This document shows positions 21,767 to 32,300 of a stretch of DNA of 47,920 bases, piece after piece. Made by a program: the position numbers and the translations under genes. The DNA comes from Opitutales bacterium (GTDB lineage: Bacteria > Verrucomicrobiota > Verrucomicrobiia > Opitutales > JABSRG01). The notes under the pieces are model-generated. The model saw only the letters and a program-made list of their open reading frames with translations. It ran no database searches and was not told the origin of the DNA. The number at the start of each line of letters is the position of its first letter. Position 1 is the stretch's first letter. The stretch covers positions 1 through 47,920 of the forward strand of contig JBMYOQ010000024.1 in assembly GCA_049599475.1 (NCBI GenBank), written 5' to 3'.

Positions 21767-23209
21767 ATGAGAATCACTTCTTCAATCCTCCTAACTCTTC
21801 TTTGTTCTGTATTGGCTGCAAAGCAGCCGAATATCGTGCTGATTATGGCCGACGACTTTGGGGTCGGCAACGTGAATGCCTATGGGGCTTCCAAGGAACA
21901 CGTGCGCACGCCCAATTTGAATCGCCTGGCCGAAGATGGAATGCTCTTCACCAGCGCGAACACTCCAGGCTCGATTTGCTCGCCGACGCGCTACGGTCTG
22001 CTGACGGGTCGCTACGCATGGCGTGGACCGCTTCCATTTGGTGTAGTGAATGTGGACGATCCAATGGTCATTGAGACGGATCGCGTCACAATGCCGAAGT
22101 ATTTCCAGAGTCTGGGATACGCCACAGCCCAAGTCGGAAAGTGGCACTTGGGCTATAGCGATAATCGACCTGTTGTGTGGACCGAGAAACTAACACCCGG
22201 TCCGAACGATGTTGGGTTCGATTACCACTTTGGCCTACCACAGAACCTCGATGACAAACTCCGCGTTTGGATTGAGAATGACCAAGTATGGGGATTGCGC
22301 TCGAAGAAGCTCAGCCCGTACGCAAAGAGCTTTTACGGAGGCCAGTATGTAGGTCTCGATGCACCTCAGCGTGAGCGCGAGTCAGCAGATAAGTTTTTGG
22401 CAGAGAAAGCGATTGAGTGGATCCAGACCACAAACCGCAGCACACCCGACAAACCGTTTTTCTTATACTTTGCGCCCGCAGCGACCCACCATCCCATTGT
22501 TCCTACCGAAGAGATGCGCGGAGCAAGCGGAGTTGGAGCGTATGGCGATTTTGTTCAGGACCTCGATATGATTGTTGGAAAGATTGTAAGTGCGCTCGAA
22601 TATGAGGGCATTGATGACGAAACTATCATCATTTTTACCGCAGACAATGGTGCCGACATCCCGACCAATGATCCAAATCGCCCAGAGAATCAGGCGATTA
22701 AAATGGGGCTCGTGCCCAATGGCGTCAACCGCGGCGACAAGCACACGATTTACGAGGGCGGAGCGCGCGTGCCTCTTATCATACGATGGGACGGGAAAGT
22801 GGCTCCAGGCTCAAAAAGCGATCGTGGCCTGAATATTGTCGATCTCTACTCAACGCTCGCCGAGGCGATCACAGGTGAGGTGCCTGCTGCGACGGATGCT
22901 CCCGATAGTATCAGCTTCGCACCTACATTGATGGGCGAAGAACAGGAGATGCGCCCGGCAATGATCACGAGCAATGCTGCAGGGCTGCATGCAATTCGTT
23001 TTGGGAAGTGGAAATACACGGATGGCAAATTCCCTGATGGAATTCCTGACCGTTTGCGCCGCGCATTCAAGTCTCAGGCCGTTCCAGCACTGTACGATCT
23101 GATGGCCGACCCATCAGAGAAAAAGAACGTTCTCTCAGAGAATCCTGAAGTTGCTGAGCGTATGCAGAGTGTTTTGAACGAATACCGTTCGAATCATACA
23201 CGTCGCTAA
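21767..23209 (+). CDS. Secreted S1 family (Cys-type) sulfatase
   Basis: Signal peptide, PNIVLIMADDFG, CSPTR, GKWHLG, FTADNG, GDKHTIYEGGARVP. Confidence 0.94.
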   Translation: MRITSSILLTLLCSVLAAKQPNIVLIMADDFGVGNVNAYGASKEHVRTPNLNRLAEDGMLFTSANTPGSICSPTRYGLLTGRYAWRGPLPFGVVNVDDPMVIETDRVTMPKYFQSLGYATAQVGKWHLGYSDNRPVVWTEKLTPGPNDVGFDYHFGLPQNLDDKLRVWIENDQVWGLRSKKLSPYAKSFYGGQYVGLDAPQRERESADKFLAEKAIEWIQTTNRSTPDKPFFLYFAPAATHHPIVPTEEMRGASGVGAYGDFVQDLDMIVGKIVSALEYEGIDDETIIIFTADNGADIPTNDPNRPENQAIKMGLVPNGVNRGDKHTIYEGGARVPLIIRWDGKVAPGSKSDRGLNIVDLYSTLAEAITGEVPAATDAPDSISFAPTLMGEEQEMRPAMITSNAAGLHAIRFGKWKYTDGKFPDGIPDRLRRAFKSQAVPALYDLMADPSEKKNVLSENPEVAERMQSVLNEYRSNHTRR

Positions 23210-23269
23210 AGCATCTTTTTTGATCTAATTTAGTAATTTTAACGAATTCTCGGTGTTGAATTCGGACAC

Positions 23270-25822
23270 ATGATCATGACTCGATTTCGTTCATTATTCA
23301 TCCTTCTTTTCAGCGCCTTATGCCTCGGAGCAAAGTCTCCGGACTGGCGGGTCGTTGATGTCGCTTATGAGTCCGAAGAATGGGTTGTCGCCGCGTTTTC
23401 GGTACTCGACTTTGGTGCGAAAGGTGATGGTAAGAGCGACGATACTAAGGCGTTTCAGACAGCTCTCGACACTATGGAGCAAGCTGGAGGTGGTATCGTG
23501 TTTGTGCCGGAGGGACATTATGCGATTCGTGGACGTTTGGTGATCCCACGCGCGGTGACTCTCCGTGGCGAGTGGAAGGAACCCAGTTTGAAAGAACCTG
23601 GGGTGAAAGGGACTGTCCTGAAACTCTTTGCTGGTAAGGGCAAAGAAGGAAGCAGCTCAATCATCAAACTGGGCCTCAGCGCGGGCATACGAGACATGTC
23701 ATTATGGTTCCCAGAGCAGTCATCTGAGAAGCCCGTCCCATATCCCTTTGTGCTCGAGCAAGGTGCTTTCAACAATGCCACGTTCAAGAACCTCACCTTG
23801 GTAAATGCTTACAATGGCATCAAAATTGGCCCTCAGGGGAATGAGCTTCACTATGTAAACAACGTCTATGGGTGTCCGCTCAAAGTAGGGATTCGTTATG
23901 ATTCGACTACTGATATAGGGCGTTTGGAAAAGATTTCCTTCTCTCCAGTCTATTGGGAGAAAAGCGGTTTACCTGGGGCTCCGAAAGGCGATTCCCTTAA
24001 GAAATGGTTGTGGGAGCATGGTAATGCCATCCACATGCTGAGGAGTGATTGGGAGTATGTCGACCGTGTCCACATCCAAGGCTACCGGGTAGGCTTCAAG
24101 GTGACACAGGGGCAACGCGGCGCGGCGAATGCACAGTTCCGGAGGCTGATGATTGAGAGATGCCGGATTGCGCTGTGGGTTGAGAAGACGAACCCATATG
24201 GCATGGTGTTCACCGATTGCTACTTTGATGCTAGAGACTATGGGGTAATCCTAAGTCCTCGTTTTGACTCGGTGGTTCTCTTTTCCGATTGTAAGTTTAG
24301 AGGACGGACTGCTCTCAAGTCGCGCGGCAATGGTGTCGTCTTAATCGAGCAGAGTCTCGTGAAGGCGGGTAACATCGAAATGGACAGCGGGGTCATTTCT
24401 ATGGCGGGCACTGAGCTCCGCAATGAGTCGACCAAGGTGATCATTGCGGAGGATGTCACAGGTGCAGTTTTTGCGGGAAATCAGCTTAAAGGCGGAGCCG
24501 ATGTAATCCAAAATGGAGCGGGTCCGGGAGTCGTACAAATATCCGAAGAGCCTGTGTCCTTGGTAAAGATACCCAAGGATCCCATTGCCACGAAACGCGA
24601 TTTCAAGCCTCCTTCGAAAGCTCTGAAGGTCATCTTGCCTGACGGTAAGAAAGACATGCGGGCGAAGATTCAAGACGCGCTCGATACTCTCGCTGAAACG
24701 GGCGGAACCGTTCTGCTACCAGGCGAGGACTACGTAATCCGTGGCAGTTTAAATGTGCCGAGTGGTGTGGAAATGCGCGGGGTGCATGATGTGCCGCATC
24801 ACACGTCTGCAGCCGGTAGCGTGCTTCATTTTTATCCTGCGGATGAATCTCCTTCGATCACACTGGAAGCCTCGAGTGGCTTGCGTGGACTCTCCATGTA
24901 TTATCCAGATCAGAGTATCGAAGATGTTCAAGAATACCCCTTTCTGATCCAGGGCAGAGGCTCGGATGTTTACATTATCAACGTAAACTGCGCTAACCCT
25001 TACAAATATCTGGATTTAGCTTCGTATCAATGTGATAGGCATTATGTAGACTACCTCTCGGGGTCGCCGCTGAAAGTGGGTGTTTACATCGGGGGCGGGA
25101 GCAAGAACGGGCAAATCCGTAACCTCCAGTTTAACCCACACTATTGGTCTCGGGCTCCCGATAATAAGGATTTTTACGCGAAAAAAACGCAGGGAGGCAT
25201 ACGCCGCGGTACCGGCCGTCTACTCTGGGCGTATCAAAAAGAGAACATGGATGCTATCATTGTGTCGGATAGCGAGAATCAGTTTTTGTATCAAAACTTC
25301 GTATACGGATCGCTGTATGGAATTCGTTTTACGAAAGATGATGGAGAGGGCCCGAAAAACTTGTTGAGCCACGGTCACGGAACCGATGGATCGAAAATCG
25401 GTGTCTACTTTGATCATGGTAGCGAACAGATAACGATGGTGAATTCAGAGCTGGTTGCGATGTCTTCGAACGACAAAGTTGCGATCCGTCTCGGGCCGGA
25501 GTTTGACGCGAAAGTGGTTCTGATTAACTCCATGGTCTGGGGACAACCCGACTACCTTGCCGTTGTGGAAAATGGCTCACTTCATATGCAGAATCTGCAT
25601 GCGACGCGCTTTGGCGGTGGAATCAAGGTGGTGAAGGGTGAAGTTGTGGGAAACAATATCAATTTCCTCGATCCTGTCGGCAGTCACTTGGAACTTAAGG
25701 GTACAGGCACCAGCAAACTGACTGGCGTCGTTTCGAGTGGAGCGTTTATCTCAGAAGGCGTTGCCGACGAGGATTCGCTGGGGCTGGTTGTTGAGCGACC
25801 CAAGAGTGAGATCCAATATTGA
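23270..25822 (+). CDS. Secreted tandem beta-helix carbohydrate-active protein (pectate-lyase-superfamily / GH28-related / GH55-like architecture)
   Basis: SVLDFGAKGDGKSDDTKAFQTALD...GGGIVFVPEGHY and a second cap IQDALD...GGTVLLPGEDY mid-protein. Confidence 0.82.
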   Translation: MIMTRFRSLFILLFSALCLGAKSPDWRVVDVAYESEEWVVAAFSVLDFGAKGDGKSDDTKAFQTALDTMEQAGGGIVFVPEGHYAIRGRLVIPRAVTLRGEWKEPSLKEPGVKGTVLKLFAGKGKEGSSSIIKLGLSAGIRDMSLWFPEQSSEKPVPYPFVLEQGAFNNATFKNLTLVNAYNGIKIGPQGNELHYVNNVYGCPLKVGIRYDSTTDIGRLEKISFSPVYWEKSGLPGAPKGDSLKKWLWEHGNAIHMLRSDWEYVDRVHIQGYRVGFKVTQGQRGAANAQFRRLMIERCRIALWVEKTNPYGMVFTDCYFDARDYGVILSPRFDSVVLFSDCKFRGRTALKSRGNGVVLIEQSLVKAGNIEMDSGVISMAGTELRNESTKVIIAEDVTGAVFAGNQLKGGADVIQNGAGPGVVQISEEPVSLVKIPKDPIATKRDFKPPSKALKVILPDGKKDMRAKIQDALDTLAETGGTVLLPGEDYVIRGSLNVPSGVEMRGVHDVPHHTSAAGSVLHFYPADESPSITLEASSGLRGLSMYYPDQSIEDVQEYPFLIQGRGSDVYIINVNCANPYKYLDLASYQCDRHYVDYLSGSPLKVGVYIGGGSKNGQIRNLQFNPHYWSRAPDNKDFYAKKTQGGIRRGTGRLLWAYQKENMDAIIVSDSENQFLYQNFVYGSLYGIRFTKDDGEGPKNLLSHGHGTDGSKIGVYFDHGSEQITMVNSELVAMSSNDKVAIRLGPEFDAKVVLINSMVWGQPDYLAVVENGSLHMQNLHATRFGGGIKVVKGEVVGNNINFLDPVGSHLELKGTGTSKLTGVVSSGAFISEGVADEDSLGLVVERPKSEIQY

Positions 25823-25881
25823 TACGTGCAAAGATTTTTCACCTTGGAGAGAAGGAGAAAAACCCAGTCTTATAGAGCCCG

Positions 25882-27228
25882 CTAAGTAACAAGAGCGGGC
25901 TCTATTATTTCCAGGACATCCCCTTCGACAAAATCGGCTTCGACGGACCGGAGCCGGACCATCGCGGTTTTGTTTGTCAGGTCTCTGGAGTCCTGCGCGA
26001 TCACGCGAATGTAATTGTCGGTGTAGCCGGGCCATATGCCTTCGCGCGGGTTTTCGAACAATACGCGAACTGTCTCACCGATGTATTTTTGGGCGTAATC
26101 GTGCTTTTTCTTTGCACTCAGTCTGCGCAGTTGAGCCGAGCGTCGATGGCGCTCTTCCATCGGCACTTGCTCGTGCTGTGGAATCCGGGCTGCTCGGGTG
26201 CCTGAACGTTCTGAGAACGTGAATACGTGGCAGTAGCTGAAAGGGTTGTTTAGGAAGGTATCACAGGTCTCCTGGAATTGCTCAGGACCCTCTGTGGGAT
26301 AGCCGACCAAGATATCAGTCCCGATACAGAGATTGGGCACGGACTCATTCGCCAGATGTATGAAATCGAGATATTCCTTAAGCGTGTAGCGGCGCTTCAT
26401 GTGCTCGAGCACGGAGTCGCTACCGGACTGAAGTGGAATATGTAAAAAGGGGAGAAGCGCGTGGTTTTCGTTGCGCATGCGATCGAACAGATCGGTAGGG
26501 ATCGTCGTTGGCTCGATACTGCTGATACGGATACGGTTTACGCCATCGATAGCATTGAGTGCGTCGACAAGCCCGAGAATGTCTACTCCGGAATTATCGA
26601 AGGTGCCGATGTTTACGCCTGTGATCACCAGCTCTCCAGCCCCACGCTCCACCAAGGCCCGAGCTTCGTCCATCACGTTTTGGAAATCGCGGGAGCGCGC
26701 GCGTCCACGAGCTTGCGGAATAATGCAAAACGAGCAGGCGAAGTCGCAGCCATCCTGGACCTTCAGGTTTGCGCGTTGGGTGAAAGGCAGGTCCCCGACA
26801 TGGGAAATCGTAAAATCTTCGCGATCAATCCGGTCGCGGACAATGATCGGTGTCTCCGCCTTTTCCTCGGGCAGATAGTTGAGGACATTCAACTTATCCT
26901 GATTCCCGATGATCACGTCGACTCCGGGGATGCGCGCGATTTCCTTGTATCCCATCTGGGAGTAGCATCCGACGACGACCGTCTTCGCCTCTGGGTTGCG
27001 TCGGATGAATTTCCGAATCTCAGCGCGCGATTTTGCATCCGCGAGATTGGTCACCGTGCAGGTGTTGATGATGCCGAGATCTGAAGGCTGATCGAAAGGG
27101 ACGATATCGTAGCCTGCAAGCTCCAGCTTATCGCGCATCAGCTTCGTCTCATACTGGTTCAGGCGACACCCCAGCGTGTGGAGAGACGCTTTTCGACGCG
27201 AGGAGACCTGGTTGCTATCAGCGGACAT
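25882..27228 (-). CDS. mtaB: tRNA t6A37 C2-methylthiotransferase
   Basis: TLGCRLNQYE, INTCTVT, VVGCYSQ, radical SAM CDFACSFC, C-terminal GYTDNY TRAM region. Confidence 0.92.
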   Translation of the reverse strand: MSADSNQVSSRRKASLHTLGCRLNQYETKLMRDKLELAGYDIVPFDQPSDLGIINTCTVTNLADAKSRAEIRKFIRRNPEAKTVVVGCYSQMGYKEIARIPGVDVIIGNQDKLNVLNYLPEEKAETPIIVRDRIDREDFTISHVGDLPFTQRANLKVQDGCDFACSFCIIPQARGRARSRDFQNVMDEARALVERGAGELVITGVNIGTFDNSGVDILGLVDALNAIDGVNRIRISSIEPTTIPTDLFDRMRNENHALLPFLHIPLQSGSDSVLEHMKRRYTLKEYLDFIHLANESVPNLCIGTDILVGYPTEGPEQFQETCDTFLNNPFSYCHVFTFSERSGTRAARIPQHEQVPMEERHRRSAQLRRLSAKKKHDYAQKYIGETVRVLFENPREGIWPGYTDNYIRVIAQDSRDLTNKTAMVRLRSVEADFVEGDVLEIIEPALVT

Positions 27229-27349
27229 GAGAAGCTAAGACAATTGCAAAACCCGGCACCTTACCCATTTCATACCATCCAGCAAGTCTTAAGCTGTGCG
27301 CGGAATCCGACTAATTTTACCTTGGCATCAAAAGGCTCCCAACCAAGGC

Positions 27350-28471
27350 CTACTCAAGAAAAAGAATGCAGGAAACGAACGGAATTTCCTGAATAGAGCC
27401 GTCGATAAAGCTGAGCTTGCCGCTTTTGGGGTCTACTGAGAAGACTGAAACGGTGCCTGAACGTTGGCCGCCCGCAATGAGCCACGCTCCGTCGGGAGTG
27501 AGGTTGATGTTTCGCGGCCAGTCGCCGCGGATGGATTCGACCTGGGTCCGTGCGAGCTTTCCAGTTGCGGTGTCTACCGAATAGACGGAGACACTGTTGT
27601 GTCCACGGTTCGCTGAATAGATGAATTTTCCGCTGGGGTGGACTAGGATTTCGGAAGCGGTGTTCATCTCTGCGAAAGTGAGCTCTTCATCTGTGAGCGC
27701 TGGGATCGTGTCTACGTGAGTAGCTGAGCCGGAGTCAGCATCGTAAGCAAAGGTAGAGACACTTAGGGTTAGCTCGTTTAGCAGGTGGATGAATTTCCCA
27801 TCCCGCGAGAAGCGCATGTGTCTTGGGCCGCTGCCCGGAGCGCTCTTCGCCGAGCCGTTGGCAACCAGCACCATTTTTTCGAGGTCCACGCTATAGATCT
27901 CGATGGTGTCTGTGCCCAGGTCTGGGACGAGAGCAAAGCGTCCATCAGGCGAAAAGCCAACCCAGTGCGGGTGGGGTGAATCCTGCCGTGCATGCACTTT
28001 TGATGGGTTCTGATGCTCGACGGTCTGACTCGCTGCTAATACTTCACCGTTTTCAGCAAGTGGAAATAGAGACACTAATCCGGCGCCGTATTGAGCGGTG
28101 AGGAGAAACTTGCCGCTAGGGTGCACCGCGATATGTGCTCCGTTGCCTCCAGGGATGTCTACTTGATTGAACTCGGTGAGTGCGGCGCCGCCATCCGCAA
28201 CTTTGTATGATTGAACAACCGCTTGTTTATTATCCCTGGCAACCGCGTAGAGCACGGGCAGGTCTGGATGCATGGTCAGAAACCCAGGGGAGCCGATTTC
28301 GACCAATTGGGTGGGCTCTGTAAGCTGGCCAGATTCCGTATCGAGTTCCGCATGATAAATGCCGACTGACTTGCGGTGGCTCGTTCCAAAAAGTACATCG
28401 ATTGAAGCGGCATAGCTCTGCGCACATATTGCGAGGCTGAGGAGGAGTAGTTTCGTAGCTGGGGACTGCAT
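27350..28471 (-). CDS. Secreted lactonase, 7-bladed beta-propeller (6-phosphogluconolactonase/YbhE family)
   Basis: Signal peptide from ATG 28471; RQDSPHPH, VPDLGTD, GSGPRH, SANRGHNS, WPRNINL. Confidence 0.9.
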   Translation of the reverse strand: MQSPATKLLLLSLAICAQSYAASIDVLFGTSHRKSVGIYHAELDTESGQLTEPTQLVEIGSPGFLTMHPDLPVLYAVARDNKQAVVQSYKVADGGAALTEFNQVDIPGGNGAHIAVHPSGKFLLTAQYGAGLVSLFPLAENGEVLAASQTVEHQNPSKVHARQDSPHPHWVGFSPDGRFALVPDLGTDTIEIYSVDLEKMVLVANGSAKSAPGSGPRHMRFSRDGKFIHLLNELTLSVSTFAYDADSGSATHVDTIPALTDEELTFAEMNTASEILVHPSGKFIYSANRGHNSVSVYSVDTATGKLARTQVESIRGDWPRNINLTPDGAWLIAGGQRSGTVSVFSVDPKSGKLSFIDGSIQEIPFVSCILFLE

Positions 28472-28672
28472 ATAAGAGGTTAAACGACTCCTTGAGAAAC
28501 CTGCCAACCGCAAAATAAAAATTAGTCTAAGCCTAAAAGAAATGGCTGATAAAACTAACGGATCCGCTGAGAAATCGCAGTGACTTCGATGCTTTATTGA
28601 ATATCCCGAAGTATAAACGCCTCCTGCACTTTTGATGTTCAAATGCGGAAATCGAGTATGAACTTTCTGAAC

Positions 28673-29359
28673 CTATACGCGATCGATGATAGGAATGATG
28701 TCTATCCTTCCAGGTCTTCCGCCTTTTTTTTCCTTAATGATAAATATCATCCTGCGATCGGTGAAATAGTTTAAGCCACCCGTGAATGCTGGGAACGGCT
28801 CTTCGCCATCTATTAAACTAAAAATTTTCGCTTTTCGAGTCCGGCCTTCCCCTGCTGATGCATCAATGTCAGACATCTGCCTGGATTTTACGACGGCCGT
28901 CGTTTGGCCTACTTGCAGGGCTAGGTCAAAGGAAGCCATGTTAACTATACGATACATACCGAGTCTAAACCCGTTCGGATCGCTGAGTGCGGGTATCGCT
29001 CGATATCCAGTACCTTCCTTCGAAATGAATACAATGAAGTTTCCTGATGACGGAAAATTGACCGAGGCTACAGGAGGAATCTCTTCTTTTGGTAAGCTCT
29101 CCGATTGTTCATTGTGCTCGTAGAGGAATAAAGTTTTTGGGCCTACATATCGTTTCTGTGGGGTTCGCAGCCCGTGTACTATCTGGAGGGTCTCCTTTCG
29201 GCTGCCTCGATAATAGTCAAGTTTTCCAATTTTCCCTGAAAGTGAAATTGCGGTAAAGGTAACGTCGACTTCTTCGCCAGCGGATGATTGGGCATTCGCT
29301 ACGTTAATAATACTCGCGAGAGTAACCCAAATAGAGATTCTAAAAATGTATTTGATCAT
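28673..29359 (-). CDS. Hypothetical secreted partner of the giant pilin-like protein (~228 aa)
   Basis: Starts immediately after the upstream stop (ATG 29359, or 29371 overlapping); signal peptide ending ANA; beta-rich; YRIVNMAS motif. Confidence 0.75.
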   Translation of the reverse strand: MIKYIFRISIWVTLASIINVANAQSSAGEEVDVTFTAISLSGKIGKLDYYRGSRKETLQIVHGLRTPQKRYVGPKTLFLYEHNEQSESLPKEEIPPVASVNFPSSGNFIVFISKEGTGYRAIPALSDPNGFRLGMYRIVNMASFDLALQVGQTTAVVKSRQMSDIDASAGEGRTRKAKIFSLIDGEEPFPAFTGGLNYFTDRRMIFIIKEKKGGRPGRIDIIPIIDRV

Positions 29360-29360
29360 A

Positions 29361-32300
29361 TCATACCTCATCTTCTGATAACCATCTGAAATCGATGACC
29401 ACAAATTTTCTCCCGAACGTCTTTATGTTGTTCGAACTGTCTAAATCAGACCAATAATCTACATCGGTTGGGTTAAGTATTGTACCAGTCCCTACTTGTT
29501 CAGGAACACGTTGAACGATGGCCTCACACCAAGCCTTTTTGGCTAGCTCTGGACGATCTGGATCCCCGTGTTCTCCGAAAGCACGAATCCGGAACGTATC
29601 GCCGCGCACGGCCAAGAATGAACCAATCGCTTGAAGAATGTCAGCCTGCAAGAGGTAGGTAGGCATCGAGCTGGCACTGCTGGCTGGATTGCCATTCGCG
29701 TCCAATAGATTACTCGCATCTCTAAATGCGAATCCATTAGTAGCTTCATTGTTAGTGATAGACTCGCTTATGTCATACGTGGCAGTCTCAAAACTAGAGT
29801 TCAGGCTTGAAGTTCTATCGATCGCAGCTTGTAGCACCCCGGATAGACCGTAGGAATCATTGGAAATTCGACGATTTACAAAGTCTGATAATGATAAGAA
29901 AGGACTCGATGGCAAATTCGGGTCGGAAGGGTTATTAGATCTTGATCTGATTTCTGCTACAATGTTTGAGGCTAGGGCGCTTATTTGACTGCGATCTAGA
30001 GATCTGAATCCTTTCCATCCCAGTGTGTCATTTACATCTGGGTCTGAAGTGATACCGGCGTTTGGCTGTGATATGCGTAAGAATGAAACTTCTGATGCGG
30101 GTAAAACTGCTTCTGGGGAATTATTACCGGCGGTGTAAATCGCCATTTCATGAGCCCCGAATAGGACCGTCTCCCAAGCTTCAACAGAAGTTGAATTCAC
30201 GTTGAAACCGCCTTTGACCATGAGGTTTTCCGCGGCACGGTAAAAGCTAGCATCTTTGCTGTTTCCGGGAGAAACTGACGGAAGTGGGTCTCCGCGACTA
30301 TCAAATAGCTTGTTTTCTACGTCCGCAAGGAATTCGCCTCCCCCGAGATGTAATTCCATCCGTGGGTTCGGAAGTGGAGTGTTTTGCGCGAGGCTTGGGT
30401 CGAAAGCTAAGTCGAAGGTGTCTTTTACTGAATTGGAAACTTCGTCATAATCGTCCCCGCTTCCATTGTCATAAGGGATCGAATACGAGGAGAAGAAATA
30501 TTCATCCCATAAGGCTTCGTTCATTAAATACGATATGTCGTAAAACATGCGTTCTCTGCCGTAGCGATTTTGATTTATTTCATAAACCCGATCTCTTTGA
30601 ATGAACGGAGAGGCGAATGAGTTGCCAATAGCTAGTGCAGGCATATGGTCATGCAGAGTAATGTTTGCATGTTGGAGTTTGCCGATTGAAAGCACTGGAG
30701 AGGTAGGGAGCTCAATGAAAATGGGATCTGTAATTCTTCCCGAGTTTATTCGGGTATTTCCATCTGAGTCGCCCCAAGGTTTATAATCGGTGCCACCCCC
30801 GAAGCCCCAGCCTGGCCCAAAGGTATACTCCCATCCAGGTGAAAAGCCTGGGTAACCATTTCGGTTTATGGAGTCACGTGTTTCATCAGGATAAAATACA
30901 TTTTTGTTATCTTTGATCGGAGCCAGAGGATTTGTCATCACGAAGGCGGGATATGGAGTGGCAACCTCGGACCGCTGCTCGCCTCCTGGCGAAATCATTC
31001 CAGGAGGGCGTAATTGAAAATCGTAAGCACCCATGCCGAAAGCTGCATTTCTAGAAACATGATCTCCTACGGTTACGTTATTTGATATACTCCATGGATA
31101 ATTTGGCGTCCCATACTCGAAGGATCCAATGGCACTCCCGGGTTGAGGGGATCTATGAGTGCCCGCGACTCGCTCGTCTGAGCCTGCGGCGCTATAACCG
31201 GCCCCTGGAAGGACCGAAATCGAATTAAATGAGTAGGCCGTTGGCCAAATACTAGCGGGATCGCTATCACCTGGATCGGTCGCCGCATCATCTTGCATTG
31301 AAAGAGAAAAATGGAGCCGAGTAAACGAGTGAACAAATCTACCGGAAGAATCTTTTCTTTGGTTAGTGAGCCACTGATCTAGGCTGCCGGGCCTCGCAAC
31401 GGCAGTGAGCTGAGTCGCTTCACCAGAGGGCATGATGGCTCCTATGCTGGACTGCTCATTTAGGTTCCAGATATTTCCCCAGTCAGCGTTCGTGAAATCA
31501 TCGAGTGTAGGAGTGGCGCTCGTATCACTAGATTGAACGGACCGGCCTGAATGTTTGACAACAGCACCCGGAGCTAGCGTGCCCGCCTCGACGAATGCTT
31601 TGTTGCCTAAGCCTTGGCGTTCGGCTCCGTCGCTCGCGTTCACAAAATCGACTCCTCCACTGGAGACTTCGATTTCAGTTGGAGTAAAATCTCCAGTTGG
31701 ATCGCCTTTGGAGTCCAAAACGGGCTCTTCCGCAGTGACTGTAAATACCGGACCCTGTAGCGGGGTCGCTGAATCCAGCTCATACAAGTCGTAGTTGATC
31801 GTTGGGCCAGTGACGAGAACGGCCATTTTGTTGTGCCTTATCGAGACATTGTAAGGGTTGTGGAATACATAAGCGGTCCGAACTCTTGTGTTAATTCGAT
31901 AGAGATCATCTACCAGACCTGTATAATTAATTGTATTCCCATTTGCGTTCTTTTGACCGTAATCGGGATTTAGGCCGCTAGCCGCCTTCGAGTCGTCGAA
32001 CCAAAACCCGGTCTCAGCAACAAACCGTCTGAGGTATGGCATGTAATTCCCTTCGACGAGAGTGGGGAGCCTGAAATCAGCTGTTGGAATATCGAAGCTC
32101 TGTGTCCCCAGTCGCGTTCTAAGAGGGTCACCCGCGATATCTAGGTCGAGCGGGTTGTTGTTGCTCGAGAGTGTATAATCTATTACCGTTTCATTTACCC
32201 GGGATCCGAATGAGCCGCCTCCATTCACATTGCCTCTGGAGCCGCTAAAGTGAAACGATGGACCTCCGCTATAAAGAAATGCGGGTTGAAATGCCCCTTG

